Notes: generated by a model from the letters alone, not told the origin. 64,000 nucleotides of DNA from Gammaproteobacteria bacterium (GCA_965209035.1 OZ242372.1:1056001-1120000), one strand, 5' to 3'. Positions 20,398-30,991 are shown, counted from the stretch's first letter. A program made the numbers and translations.

Positions 20398-22911
20398 ATG
20401 CCTCTAATCTTTTGCCCAATCAATGCTTGGCGGTCGCTACGGTTGTTTGCCGGGTGGGTTACCACATTATCGCCGCTAACGACAGTCTTTGCCGCTTTTC
20501 GGCAGACTCATTGGCCGGCTCGTTTTTATGCCGTTCTGCTGACGGGCATGCTGGGCTTTGCTTTGCTCCTTGCCGGTTGTGGCGGCGGGGGTGGCGGGGG
20601 CGGCGGCGGTGATCCCCGCGCTGTTTCCAAGATCCAAACCATAGTCGGTGAGAATAGTATTCTGGTGGGTTGGACCAATCCGAACCGGGAGAATATCATC
20701 GGTTTCAGCATTACTTCGATCAATACTGCGAACAATACCGTAAATCGGACTGATCCCAAAATGATTTCAGTTAATTCCACCAATGCGGATCTGCGTACAC
20801 CCGTCGGTAGTTTGCTGCTGCCCGGCGAACGGGTGATCTACAACATTAAGGGTCTAACCAATGGCGTAGACTACGAGATCAGGATTACGGTGATCTATGA
20901 GAACGGCGATTCTGTGGATTCGGAACCTGTGCGAAGGACGACGGGAACGGACAGTACGGACTCAGACATTGATGATGACGGTGTTGGGAATAGCGAAGAT
21001 GCGTTTCATCTGGATGCTTGTGCGAGTGCCGACACGGATGAAGATGGCATGCCGGATCGTCTGATTGCAGGTTGCACGACATCTTTAAAAGCAGACCGGT
21101 CTGTTTTCGGTATCCAAACCACCGCCAGCGAGAATACGATTACCGTGCGTTGGACCAATCCGGATCAGGATGACATCACCGGGCTCAGTATCAATTGGAC
21201 CGCCATTGAAGACGCAAGCGATAACGGAGTCATGGTACTTGATGCGGACGACAGGATGCATACCATTGCGGACCTGGAATATGACACCATCTACGAGATC
21301 ACGATTACGGTGCTTTATGAGGATGGCACATCCGTGGTTGCGGCTCCGGTTCAAGGCAGCACCGAAATAGATCCGAATGCTGATGATGATGGGGATAGTC
21401 TGCCGAACGGGATAGATAATTGTCGGGCGGTTGCCAATGCGGGGCAAGATGATAACGATGATGACGGAGTCGGCGATGCCTGTGATGCGGACGATGACAA
21501 TAACGGCTTGATAGAGATTCGTACTCTGGACGATCTGGCACGGCTGCGCGATGATCTGAACGGCGATGGCGAGGATGATGGCAGAATTGCCGAGATAACA
21601 TCCGTAGGATCCATGGGTTGCCCGGACGACCCGGATAACGATGATGAGAGCGGCTGTGTCGGCTATGAATTGACTCGCTCGCTCGATTTTAATGATGCGG
21701 ATTCCTATGCCACAGACAGCGACAAGATGTCTGTCTGGACGAGTGGCAATGGCTGGGAACTGATCGGCTCTTGTACGGGCGATAGCACATGTCCGTTATC
21801 CTATGCCGGTATCCTGGACGGCAACAACCATAGTATTGTCGGGCTGCATATCATGAGGAATGAAAGAGTCAATGGAATTGGGTTGTTCGCCGCACTCATC
21901 GGAACAGCGCGTAATTTGCGCCTGGAGGATGCGAATGTCGCTATCAGTGACAAAAATAGCAACGATGCGGGCTTGTTAGCGGGTTATGCCCCCAATGCCC
22001 GTTTTGAAAATATTTTGGTTTCGGGAGTGATCTCGGGAGGCCGCAGTGTGGGAGCTCTCGTCGGAGATACCGGAGATATCAGAGCTGCCGGCACCAGTGC
22101 GACCATCATCGGAGTCATCGTCAAAGACAGTGATGTAAGCGGCGCCAGAGTTTTGGGCGGTCTGGTCGGACACGGACCTGGTGTTAAGATTAGTGGTTCT
22201 TATGTAGCCAATAGCAACATAGAAGGAACCGAAGACTCATTAGGCGGTCTGGTCGGTTTCGGGCAGGATGCTAAAATTAGTTATTCTTATGTGGCCGCCA
22301 GTAGCATAGAAGGATCTTCCCACACCGTAGGCGGTCTGGTCGGACAAGGCGCAGAAACCGGCATTCGTTATTCCTATGTAACCAATAGCAATGTAACCGG
22401 ATATTCCATAATCGGCGGATTAATCGGAGGCGGCAGCACCGCAACGATTAGTCATTCTTACACGACCGGTGGCAGTGTTACCGGCACGAATAGATCCGTC
22501 GGCGGACTAACGGGAACCGGCACGGGCACAAATATTGAGTATTCTTATGCGGCTGTTGACAGCCTATCCGGTGATAACGGCATCGGCGGATTAATAGGAT
22601 TGATATTCCACGGCCAGTTCGGTGATATAAGTGCTTCTTATTGGGACACAGACACCACAGGCCAGTCTGACAGTGCGGGCAGCGGCGGCGAAGGTAAAAC
22701 CACAAGCGAACTGCAAATGCCCACCACCTTTACCGGCATTTATGCCGACTGGGGCAACTTCTGGTGTCACCCGGACACGGGCGAAGTGAGGGAACAAGCT
22801 AGTATGCCGACCGGATTCTTACCGGTATGGGATCTCGGGACGACAACTCAATACCCCGCCCTGAACTGCACACCCGGCGGCCCGGAAGCCCAAGGCAGAA
22901 CAACACCCTAA
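20398..22911 (+). CDS. Surface lipoprotein: 2x Fn3 + TSP type-3-like + GLUG-like repeats
   Basis: LLAGC+polyGly, two WTNP domains, DNCRAVANAGQDDNDDDGVGDACD, GGLVG repeats, conserved C-terminus. Confidence 0.8.
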   Translation: MPLIFCPINAWRSLRLFAGWVTTLSPLTTVFAAFRQTHWPARFYAVLLTGMLGFALLLAGCGGGGGGGGGGDPRAVSKIQTIVGENSILVGWTNPNRENIIGFSITSINTANNTVNRTDPKMISVNSTNADLRTPVGSLLLPGERVIYNIKGLTNGVDYEIRITVIYENGDSVDSEPVRRTTGTDSTDSDIDDDGVGNSEDAFHLDACASADTDEDGMPDRLIAGCTTSLKADRSVFGIQTTASENTITVRWTNPDQDDITGLSINWTAIEDASDNGVMVLDADDRMHTIADLEYDTIYEITITVLYEDGTSVVAAPVQGSTEIDPNADDDGDSLPNGIDNCRAVANAGQDDNDDDGVGDACDADDDNNGLIEIRTLDDLARLRDDLNGDGEDDGRIAEITSVGSMGCPDDPDNDDESGCVGYELTRSLDFNDADSYATDSDKMSVWTSGNGWELIGSCTGDSTCPLSYAGILDGNNHSIVGLHIMRNERVNGIGLFAALIGTARNLRLEDANVAISDKNSNDAGLLAGYAPNARFENILVSGVISGGRSVGALVGDTGDIRAAGTSATIIGVIVKDSDVSGARVLGGLVGHGPGVKISGSYVANSNIEGTEDSLGGLVGFGQDAKISYSYVAASSIEGSSHTVGGLVGQGAETGIRYSYVTNSNVTGYSIIGGLIGGGSTATISHSYTTGGSVTGTNRSVGGLTGTGTGTNIEYSYAAVDSLSGDNGIGGLIGLIFHGQFGDISASYWDTDTTGQSDSAGSGGEGKTTSELQMPTTFTGIYADWGNFWCHPDTGEVREQASMPTGFLPVWDLGTTTQYPALNCTPGGPEAQGRTTP

Positions 22912-23126
22912 CACAGACAAAAAAGACAACTTTCCCGGGACGGCAAAGCCCGCACACATGCATACAAAAAGTGCTCATCTATTTATGACCCGCAAGAATC
23001 GGCTCTGCTTTGAATTCGTAACTTATTTGCCAAAAACAACCAATATACCCGATAAGAGGGAATATTTGTTTAATTTGGTATAAAATAACACCAATTAATA
23101 TTACTAACTACAATAAAAATCTAATT

Positions 23127-24446
23127 ATGAATAAAATTATTAATCTTTTTAAGTACTGCCTGCCACTTGGTCTCGCTCTCGGGGCTCTTTTGTTCGGCGG
23201 TCCTGTTTTTGCGGCATGTTCGGTAGACGCTCCGTCCAAACGCACAAACATTAATATTATTTCCAACAGTTATCCTTCGGTGAACTACATCGCCGAAGAG
23301 ATGGAAAAATGCTCCGAAGGGCGACTGCGAGTGCGGGCAAAACTGACCACGGAACATCAGGAACTCAAACGCCTGGCTCTCGGTTCCGCCGGCAGGGCAT
23401 CTTATCACATCATGCAGCTGTCCAGCAGTGACTTTGCCGAATACATCGACAAGGGCTGGATTGCTCCCATCACCGAGTATGTGAACAAGTATCGCACCAA
23501 GTACAATTTTGACGACATACCGCAGCCCCTGTGGGATTCGGTCACCATAGACGGTGAAATCTATGTGCTGCCGCTGCAACAGAATCTGCAACATTTCTTT
23601 TATCGCAAGGATCTGTTTGACAAGCACAACATCAAAGTGCCGGAGAACTACAACCAGGTGATTAGCGCGGCGAAAAAGCTCAAACGCGCCGACCCGTCCG
23701 TTGAATATCCTATCGCCCAAACCTTTGGCAGCGGCTGGGGACTGGCAACGGAGTTCACCAACATTTATATTTCCATGGGCGGAAAATTCTTTGACGACAA
23801 CAAGTATCCTATTTTTCACACGGACAAGGCCGGCACGGAAACCGTCAAGGTGATGGAACGCATGCTGGCGTATATGTCGCCCAACGCGCTGTCCTTTTCC
23901 AACGACGATACGATGGTTGCATTTCAGCAAGGCAAATCCGCAATGGGGAATGTCTGGGCTTCGCGCGCCGCCAATATGGACGACCCGAAGGTCTCTTCGG
24001 TGGTCGGCAAGATCAGTTTTGCCGCAGCTCCGGCGGGTAAGCGCGGACGCACTCCTTCTTCCACGGTCTTCTGGGATGGCTACATGATTCCCAAGAATGT
24101 GCCGGCAAAAGATCGCGAACTGGCATTTTTGATTATGGCGGAAGCCACCGACCAAGAGAGTATGGCGGGCGGCGGCGACCTGGCATTCTTTTCACGCGAA
24201 TCCGTAACGACGAATCCCGCTTTGATTGAAAAGAACAGATATTGGCCGGCAATGCTGGATACCGTCAAGGGCGGCGCTCCCGCTTTCCCGGCATCCACGC
24301 AAAGCCATTTCAGCTTGGCACATACGGCGATTGGCGCCAACCTGGCCAAGGGTCTTTCGAGTGGAACGGCAGCGGCGAAAGATGCTTTGAAAAAAGCGGC
24401 CGCCGACTATGTCACGGAAGCCAAAGGCAAAGGCCACATAAAATAA
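23127..24446 (+). CDS. ABC transporter solute-binding protein (family 1, sugar-like)
   Basis: Signal peptide, DGEIYVLP, FFYRKDLFDKHNIKVPENY, FQQGKSAM. Confidence 0.85.
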   Translation: MNKIINLFKYCLPLGLALGALLFGGPVFAACSVDAPSKRTNINIISNSYPSVNYIAEEMEKCSEGRLRVRAKLTTEHQELKRLALGSAGRASYHIMQLSSSDFAEYIDKGWIAPITEYVNKYRTKYNFDDIPQPLWDSVTIDGEIYVLPLQQNLQHFFYRKDLFDKHNIKVPENYNQVISAAKKLKRADPSVEYPIAQTFGSGWGLATEFTNIYISMGGKFFDDNKYPIFHTDKAGTETVKVMERMLAYMSPNALSFSNDDTMVAFQQGKSAMGNVWASRAANMDDPKVSSVVGKISFAAAPAGKRGRTPSSTVFWDGYMIPKNVPAKDRELAFLIMAEATDQESMAGGGDLAFFSRESVTTNPALIEKNRYWPAMLDTVKGGAPAFPASTQSHFSLAHTAIGANLAKGLSSGTAAAKDALKKAAADYVTEAKGKGHIK

Positions 24447-24470
24447 CGAACAATAAGCATAGCCATGCGC

Positions 24471-24503
24471 GGGTCGGGAGCACTATGCTCCCGACCCTTT
24501 TTT
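24471..24503 (+). terminator. Intrinsic terminator
   Basis: GGGTCGGGAGCA-cta-TGCTCCCGACCC perfect stem followed by T6. Confidence 0.85.
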
Positions 24504-24543
24504 GAATTTTAATTAACATTAAAAAAGCGGCAACAGGAGAATA

Positions 24544-25542
24544 ATGAGCCTCAACGAATTACTGGTGCGTTACAAAGACCTTATCCCGTGTAAAAACGCC
24601 TTTGTTGATACGCGCAGTCCCGGTTCGGACAGCAAGGAAAACTTCACCATCATCGGACCCGGCGTTTCGGAAAACCCCAACCAACATGTACATATCCCCG
24701 TTCCGCACGGCTTTAACATCGGCGGGGCGCGGCAACCTCCCGGTTGTTTAAATTCGCAACACAGCCATCTGACGGCGGAAGTGTTTATCGCCCATTCCGG
24801 CAAGTGGCGTTTCCTGTGGGGTCTGGACGGCAAGGACGGCAGCATCGAGATGAGCAAGGGCGATACGATTTCTTTACCCATCCATATGTTTCGCGGTTTT
24901 GAGAACATCGGCAATGACACGGGGTTTCTGTTTGCCGTTCTCGGCGGCGATGACCCCGGCAGGGTCACCTGGGCACCTTCGGTGTTTGAACTTGCCAAGG
25001 AACACGGTCTGGTGCTGCTAAAAGGCGGCCGCCTGATTGACACTCGTGCCGGCGAAGCGATCCCTGCGGACGCCCAAGCCGAAGAGCCACCGGATGCCGA
25101 AGAAATTGCCCGCCTGAAATCTCCCGCCAACGCAGAAATGGAAAAATTAGTAGTTCGCTACGACGAACTGCGGGCGAACGCAGGGTCGCCACTGGCGGCG
25201 GACGGCGTGCGGGAATGCCCGATCATCACCCCCAAGCAGACGGGCGATCGTTTTGAGCCGGGACCCATCGTCGGCTGGTGGGAACACGGATTTAACCTGA
25301 GATGTCTGCGGATGGATACGGACGCCAGGCTGCCGGCACATAGCCGGGCGGAAGAAGAAGTGATTCTGATGCAAGAGGGGGAATTAACCCTCACCCTGTC
25401 CGGCGAAACCGTCACACTGGGCGGCGGCGACATCCTGACTCTGCCAAAAGGCGCGGCGCGCACATGGCGGGCGGGCAAGGACGGCGCCGTTGTCTTTGTT
25501 GTGCGCGGCGGCGACACACCCGCAGCCCCGCAGTTCATCTAA
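24544..25542 (+). CDS. Bicupin-domain protein
   Basis: SQHSHLTAEVF..GDTISLP..FRGFEN; second cupin HSRAEEEV..GDILTLP. Confidence 0.8.
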   Translation: MSLNELLVRYKDLIPCKNAFVDTRSPGSDSKENFTIIGPGVSENPNQHVHIPVPHGFNIGGARQPPGCLNSQHSHLTAEVFIAHSGKWRFLWGLDGKDGSIEMSKGDTISLPIHMFRGFENIGNDTGFLFAVLGGDDPGRVTWAPSVFELAKEHGLVLLKGGRLIDTRAGEAIPADAQAEEPPDAEEIARLKSPANAEMEKLVVRYDELRANAGSPLAADGVRECPIITPKQTGDRFEPGPIVGWWEHGFNLRCLRMDTDARLPAHSRAEEEVILMQEGELTLTLSGETVTLGGGDILTLPKGAARTWRAGKDGAVVFVVRGGDTPAAPQFI

Positions 25543-25571
25543 GTTCTCGCCGGGTTTTTCCGGGACCATCT

Positions 25572-26738
25572 ATGCCCGCAACCCGTATCAAAACCACGCA
25601 TGTCGGCAGCCTGCCGCGCAATGCCCGGCTGACGGAGTTAATCTTCGCCAAGGACAGACGCCAACTCAAAGACCCCGCCGAACTGAAACAGGTGGTGCGG
25701 GCCGCTGTGGACGATGTCATGCGCCGCCAACTGGAAGCCGGCACAGATATTCCGTCTGACGGCGAGATGAGCAAAATCTCATACGCAACCTATATAGGAG
25801 AACGACTCACCGGCTTTGAAGGCGACAGCCCGCGCCAACCGCCGGCGGACCTGGAAGACTATCCGGGTTACCTGAAAAAGATTGCGTCCGCGGGCGGCAC
25901 CCCGTCCTATAAAAGACCGCAATGTGTCGGACCGATCGCGGTGAAGACCCTGGAGCCGTTGCGGACAGATATCCGCAATATGCTGGATGCTATGAAAAAA
26001 CACGGATACACAACCGGTTTTATGAACTCCGCCTCGCCCGGTGTGATTGCCTTGTTTCAACCATCCGTGTATCACAAAAAAGCGGAAGACTACCTGCAAG
26101 ATCTGGCGGAAGCCATGCGGGAAGAATACAAAACCATCATCGACAGCGGACTGATGTTACAAATTGACTCGCCCGACCTCGCCCTGGGACGCCACATGCA
26201 ATTCAAAGACAAGTCGGACGAGGAATTTTTGAAACAGGCGGAAATCCACCTCAATGCCCTGAATTATGCGCTGGCGGACGTGCCGCCGGAGCAGGTGCGC
26301 CTGCACATCTGCTGGGGAAACTACGAGGGCCCGCACCACCGCGATCTGGAAATGCATAAGGTGATGCCGCTGGTGGTGCAAAAAGCGCACGCACGCACAC
26401 TCCTTTTTGAAACAGCCAACCCGCGCCATGCGCACGAGTGGAAAATCTGGCAAGATATGCCGCTGCGGGACGATCATATTCTCGCCCCCGGCGTCATAGA
26501 CTCCACCACAAATTTCATAGAGCATCCGGCATTGGTGGCGGAGCGTCTGGAGCGGTTTGTTCGCATCTTCGGCACCGAACGCGTTTTGGCGAGCACGGAT
26601 TGCGGCTTCGCCACTTTTGCCGGCTTCGGCAAGGTTGACGACGAGATCGTCTACGCCAAGTTACGCTCTCTGAGCGAAGGGGCCGCGTTGGCCGGCGGGT
26701 CAAGCCGGACCGAATCTGCCGCACCGCCGGCGACTTAA
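25572..26738 (+). CDS. Cobalamin-independent methionine synthase II / epoxyalkane-CoM transferase-like Zn enzyme
   Basis: TTHVGSLPR, SDGEM, LHICWGNYEGPH, FETANPRHAHE, STDCGF. Confidence 0.85.
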   Translation: MPATRIKTTHVGSLPRNARLTELIFAKDRRQLKDPAELKQVVRAAVDDVMRRQLEAGTDIPSDGEMSKISYATYIGERLTGFEGDSPRQPPADLEDYPGYLKKIASAGGTPSYKRPQCVGPIAVKTLEPLRTDIRNMLDAMKKHGYTTGFMNSASPGVIALFQPSVYHKKAEDYLQDLAEAMREEYKTIIDSGLMLQIDSPDLALGRHMQFKDKSDEEFLKQAEIHLNALNYALADVPPEQVRLHICWGNYEGPHHRDLEMHKVMPLVVQKAHARTLLFETANPRHAHEWKIWQDMPLRDDHILAPGVIDSTTNFIEHPALVAERLERFVRIFGTERVLASTDCGFATFAGFGKVDDEIVYAKLRSLSEGAALAGGSSRTESAAPPAT

Positions 26739-27069
26739 GACCCTCTCGAGGACCTGCATCCTCGGGCACGGACGGGGGCTTATATGCTTTATATACTTCT
26801 TTGGAAGGGTCCTTTAAATGAAGCATTAAAGGAGGCACGGGAAAGGGCCGACACCGGCAACACCCGAAAACTGGAAAACGCTTTGAGGCTATTTGAGGCT
26901 GGGCCAAGACACCGACTTTCTTTTTAGCACAACTCTTCCCACACCTGTCCCGCCCACTCACCTCATCTACTCGCCCGCACCATTTCATTTACCTCGCCCG
27001 CACCATTTCATTTACCTCGCCCGCCAACGCCGACATCCGCGCCGTCTTATCACAACTCCGCCCGCCTAA

Positions 27070-27942
27070 ATGAACTCACCCGAACATACTAAATCGCCAA
27101 ACCGCCGACCGCCAACGCCAAACCGCCACGGACTCCGACATGCCGACCGCAAAGCCGGCGAGCCACTGCTGCTCATCCCGGGAATGATGTGTGATGATCG
27201 CCTGTGGCAACCCCAAAAAGAATTTCTGTCCGCCCCCGGCACCGCCAACGCCGACATCCGTATCGCCGACATCACCGCCGAGCGAAACATGCAAATGCTG
27301 GCGGCCAAAATTTTGGACGGTCTTTCATCGGAGCCCTGGAAAACATTCTCCGTCGCCGGTCTTTCCATGGGCGGCATAGTGGCAATGGAGATTCTCAAAC
27401 AGGCACCGCACAGAATCAAACGCTGCGCCCTGCTGGACACCAATCATTTGGCGGAAACATCGATCAGAAAGAAACTGCGTGCCGAAGAGATCCGTCTGGC
27501 TCAAACGCCGGCCGGCTTGAAAAAGATTTTGATAGAAAAAATGAAGCCGGCATACCTGTCGCCCAAACGAAAGTACGGGCAAGATTTTCTTGACTTGGTG
27601 TTGGATATGGCATTGTCGCTGGGACCCGAGGTATTCGCCCGCCAGTCGCTGGCACTCAGAGACAGACCGGATTACGGCGAGACCATCAAAAACATCCGCT
27701 GCCCCGTTCTGCTGCTCTGCGGCGAATGGGACATTCTGTGCCCGCCGCTTAATCACCAAAAAATGCGCCAACTGCTGCCGCGGGAAACACCGGCAACCTT
27801 GCGGCTGATCCCCAAAAGCGGCCACCTGACCACCCTGGAAGTGCCGACCGAAACCAATTTGGCACTCAAAGAATGGCTGGAAATGCCCGTCCGAGCGAGC
27901 GCGCCGCCTCACAGACCCTCTCCTCAAAATAAAATTTCATAA
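27070..27942 (+). CDS. Alpha/beta hydrolase
   Basis: PGMMCD, GLSMGG nucleophile elbow, GEWD, SGHL. Confidence 0.9.
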   Translation: MNSPEHTKSPNRRPPTPNRHGLRHADRKAGEPLLLIPGMMCDDRLWQPQKEFLSAPGTANADIRIADITAERNMQMLAAKILDGLSSEPWKTFSVAGLSMGGIVAMEILKQAPHRIKRCALLDTNHLAETSIRKKLRAEEIRLAQTPAGLKKILIEKMKPAYLSPKRKYGQDFLDLVLDMALSLGPEVFARQSLALRDRPDYGETIKNIRCPVLLLCGEWDILCPPLNHQKMRQLLPRETPATLRLIPKSGHLTTLEVPTETNLALKEWLEMPVRASAPPHRPSPQNKIS

Positions 27943-28037
27943 AAATTGACCGTTCATTAATGCTTTGCCAAAATTATTTGGTATAATTAAAAGACTACTT
28001 ATTTATATTCATTACTAAAAAAGAGGAACTACAAATC

Positions 28038-28337
28038 ATGAAAAAAAGTAAACTTATATCTGTCATCTTGGTTCTGATGTTCACATCGGTCTTGACCGCT
28101 TGTGCCACTGTAACCTTTACACCGGACGGCAATACACGCACAGGGGCCGGTGAAGAGAAAAAATGGACGCATCACTATCTGGGGCATGCATTTGGCCCGA
28201 GCCACATAAAAGCCAACTGCCCCGCGGGAACAGAGGTTGTTCAAACAGAAACTCGCATCACCGCGGGAACCTTTTTTGTCGGCTTTTTCACCCTCAGCAT
28301 CTATACCCCGCGCATAGCGGAATATTGGTGCGAATAG
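28038..28337 (+). CDS. Bor/Iss-like lipoprotein, copy 1
   Basis: Lipobox LTAC, conserved Cys, C-terminal IYTPR..YWC. Confidence 0.75.
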   Translation: MKKSKLISVILVLMFTSVLTACATVTFTPDGNTRTGAGEEKKWTHHYLGHAFGPSHIKANCPAGTEVVQTETRITAGTFFVGFFTLSIYTPRIAEYWCE

Positions 28338-28474
28338 GTTAAAACAATTCGGCGGGAAGTCTGCCGGCGTTAAACCCGCATGCCACTTCCCGCCCTTGTT
28401 CCCCCACTGTGCCGGTGCTGCTGTTCTAATCGCGAACAGCGGCCTGTCGGCTTAAAAAGGCATAAATACAAATC

Positions 28475-28774
28475 ATGGGAAACGGTAAAATTCTTGCTGT
28501 CATCTTGGTTCTGATGTTCACATCGGTCTTGACCGCTTGTGCCACTGTAACCTTCACACCGGACGGCAATACACGCACAGGACTCGGTGAAGAGCAAAAA
28601 TGGACACATCACTTTCTGGGGAACACATTTGGCCCGAGCCATATAAAAACCGACTGCCCCGCGGGAACAGAAGTTGTTCAAACACAATCTCGCATCACCG
28701 TGGCAACCTTTTTTGTCGGCTTTTTCACCGCCAGTATGTATACCCCGCGCATAGCGGAATATTGGTGCGAATAG
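28475..28774 (+). CDS. Bor/Iss-like lipoprotein, copy 2
   Basis: Tandem paralog of 28038-28337, including duplicated 3' hairpin GGCGGGAAGT..ACTTCCCGCC. Confidence 0.75.
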   Translation: MGNGKILAVILVLMFTSVLTACATVTFTPDGNTRTGLGEEQKWTHHFLGNTFGPSHIKTDCPAGTEVVQTQSRITVATFFVGFFTASMYTPRIAEYWCE

Positions 28775-29093
28775 GTTAAAACAATTCGGCGGGAAGTCTG
28801 CCTGTGCTAAACCCGCATGCCACTTCCCGCCCTTGCTTTACTGTCCCGCTGCTCTACTGCCCCGACAGATCGCGAACAGCAGCACGTCGGCTTAAAGCCG
28901 AAAAAACTGCAGTTAATCACTGAATCGCCGGACCTTAATAGTCGGACAAGGATAGACCCCCGGCAAACCTTAAATTATCCGGGGGACGGATTTCGTTTCC
29001 TTCTCGCCTTGGCGTTGATGCGCGGTCGACCGAACGAACACCCGTTCGCATAGCCGGACAATTTTTAATTTTGGACATACCGGGTCAACCCAC

Positions 29094-30392
29094 TGCATAG
29101 TCTCATAAAGGTTCTGGACTCTGAGTTTGGTATTGTGCGTCCTCAGATCAAGCAGCCGGAGGTTCTGTCGGACGGGTCGAAAATAGATCCGGCAACGGGT
29201 CTTCGGTATGTGGAGCTAGATGAATGAAACGGGCAAGAAGGACGGATAGCTGTTTTGCTCTCACCGCCGCAGACAGCGGAGGCTTGTTGTTGATAAAACT
29301 GTCTAGGTGTATCCGCTGGCGAGACGGTACGGTTTGTGAGGGCAGCCGGACTGCACATTGGAAATGAGAGGAACACGTTTACGCTACATTGGTTATCGCG
29401 TGCGCGGTTTCAATAAAATGGTGGTTTTAGCAAACAAATATTCAAACATGTCTAAAACCACCAAAATCAAACTGGACACCTTAGCGTTCGCGCGCAAACA
29501 TGGTGTCGCGGCGGCGCTGGATCATGCCGGGATCAGTCGTGCTACATTCTACGAGTGGCAGCGGCGTTTCCGTGAAGGCGGGGTCGATGAACTGGCGAAC
29601 AACTATGGGTATCAGCCCAAGCGGTCCAACACCTGGCCACCGGCACTGATTGACAAGATCCGGTCTTGGCGACAAGAGCGACCGAATATCGGTCCCAATA
29701 AACTGGTCTGCTTGTTACCCGAATGGTGCCAGCAGCAGGGGCTGCCGGCACCCAGCCGGTCAACCATTGCCCGCATCATCGCTGATGCACCGGGTAAGAT
29801 GCGGCACCAGTCATCGCTGACCGAGCAGAAGAACCCGCGGCAAGGTGCTCCTCGCGAGCGCAAGGACATCTGCTTTGTTGCGGGCCGGAGAGGTGAATGT
29901 GTTGCCTTTGATACGCTCGTCCGCATCGTCGATGGCCGGCGCTTTTATTGGCATGTCGGCATTGATCTATTTTCCCGCATCGCGCTAGTCCATGTCGATA
30001 CCTCGGCTGCTTCGGCCAGTTCCGCCCGGCTCTTTACCGCCATGCAAAACATACTCGGCACTCGGATCGAAAAAGTCCTCACCGATAATGGCAGTGAGTT
30101 CGCCAAAGACTTTCACCGGGTCGTGACCGCAAACGGCAGCACCCACTGGTATACTTATCCCAGGAAACCGCAAATGAATGCACACTGCGAACGGTTTAAT
30201 CGCACTCTCTGGGAAGAGTTCGGTTGTCATATGCGGCATCTCTTGGTTAAGGATATGCCGGCATTCAACGCCAAACTCATCGAGTGGTTGGCTTGGTATA
30301 ATCTTGAACGTCCCCATTATGCTCTCAAACAACTCTCGCCGATCCAATTTTTGCAAAAACAACAAAAGTCCAGAAATGGGTGGGACCATACA
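29094..30392 (+). mobile_element. IS481-like insertion sequence, copy 2
   Basis: Same termini as copy 1; 5-bp direct repeat CCCAC at 29089-29093 and 30393-30397. Confidence 0.9.
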
Positions 30393-30413
30393 CCCACCGC
30401 CACCCCCAAATAA
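29358..30413 (+). CDS. DDE integrase-core transposase (IS481-like)
   Basis: Near-identical to 10437-11510; true start may be 29418 or 29448. Confidence 0.9.
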   Translation: MEMRGTRLRYIGYRVRGFNKMVVLANKYSNMSKTTKIKLDTLAFARKHGVAAALDHAGISRATFYEWQRRFREGGVDELANNYGYQPKRSNTWPPALIDKIRSWRQERPNIGPNKLVCLLPEWCQQQGLPAPSRSTIARIIADAPGKMRHQSSLTEQKNPRQGAPRERKDICFVAGRRGECVAFDTLVRIVDGRRFYWHVGIDLFSRIALVHVDTSAASASSARLFTAMQNILGTRIEKVLTDNGSEFAKDFHRVVTANGSTHWYTYPRKPQMNAHCERFNRTLWEEFGCHMRHLLVKDMPAFNAKLIEWLAWYNLERPHYALKQLSPIQFLQKQQKSRNGWDHTPTATPK

Positions 30414-30472
30414 AAGATGTTATAATAAACACTCTTTTATTCTTACAACTACTTTATTGAGGTACTATTTAT

Positions 30473-30925
30473 ATGAAAACAAAAGTTTCTATGCTTATTT
30501 ATTTTCTTCTCGTGCTCGGCTTTTTCACGAACGGGATCACCACTCTGGTCGGTTTAATCTTGGCATATATTTTTGCCGGTGATGCCGCTGCGGAAGAGAA
30601 AACACACTATACTTATCAAATCCGCGGTTTCTGGATCTTTCTCCTTTATGCGGTCATCCTGTCGGTTATCTCTCTCATTCTCGCCTTGATCCTGTTGGGT
30701 CCGGCGTGGTTTGTTGAGATTGTCCCACTGGTGGAAGCCTGGGATAACCGAGGCGGGCCAGACGGTATACAGTTCGTCGAAGAATATATCGGTTTTGGCT
30801 ATCTTGTTGGTATTCTGTCTCCCTTCTTGCTGCTGCTCCTATTCGCTATCGGTCGTTTCATCAAAGGCATCCGACTTCTAATGAAGAAACAGCCTGTTTC
30901 CAACCCGAAAACCTGGTTAATTTGA
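30473..30925 (+). CDS. DUF4870-like membrane protein, copy 1
   Basis: GLILAY..THYTYQIRGFW..RFIKG..QPVSNPKTWL; GAGG RBS. Confidence 0.75.
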   Translation: MKTKVSMLIYFLLVLGFFTNGITTLVGLILAYIFAGDAAAEEKTHYTYQIRGFWIFLLYAVILSVISLILALILLGPAWFVEIVPLVEAWDNRGGPDGIQFVEEYIGFGYLVGILSPFLLLLLFAIGRFIKGIRLLMKKQPVSNPKTWLI

Positions 30926-30991
30926 TTTAGAAAAGATATTACAATAAACATTCTTTTATTCTTACAACTACTTTATTGAGGTACTATTTAT

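Noticed and set aside
16385-22911. Classical shufflon
   Set aside because: No site-specific recombinase and no discrete short recombination sites identified.
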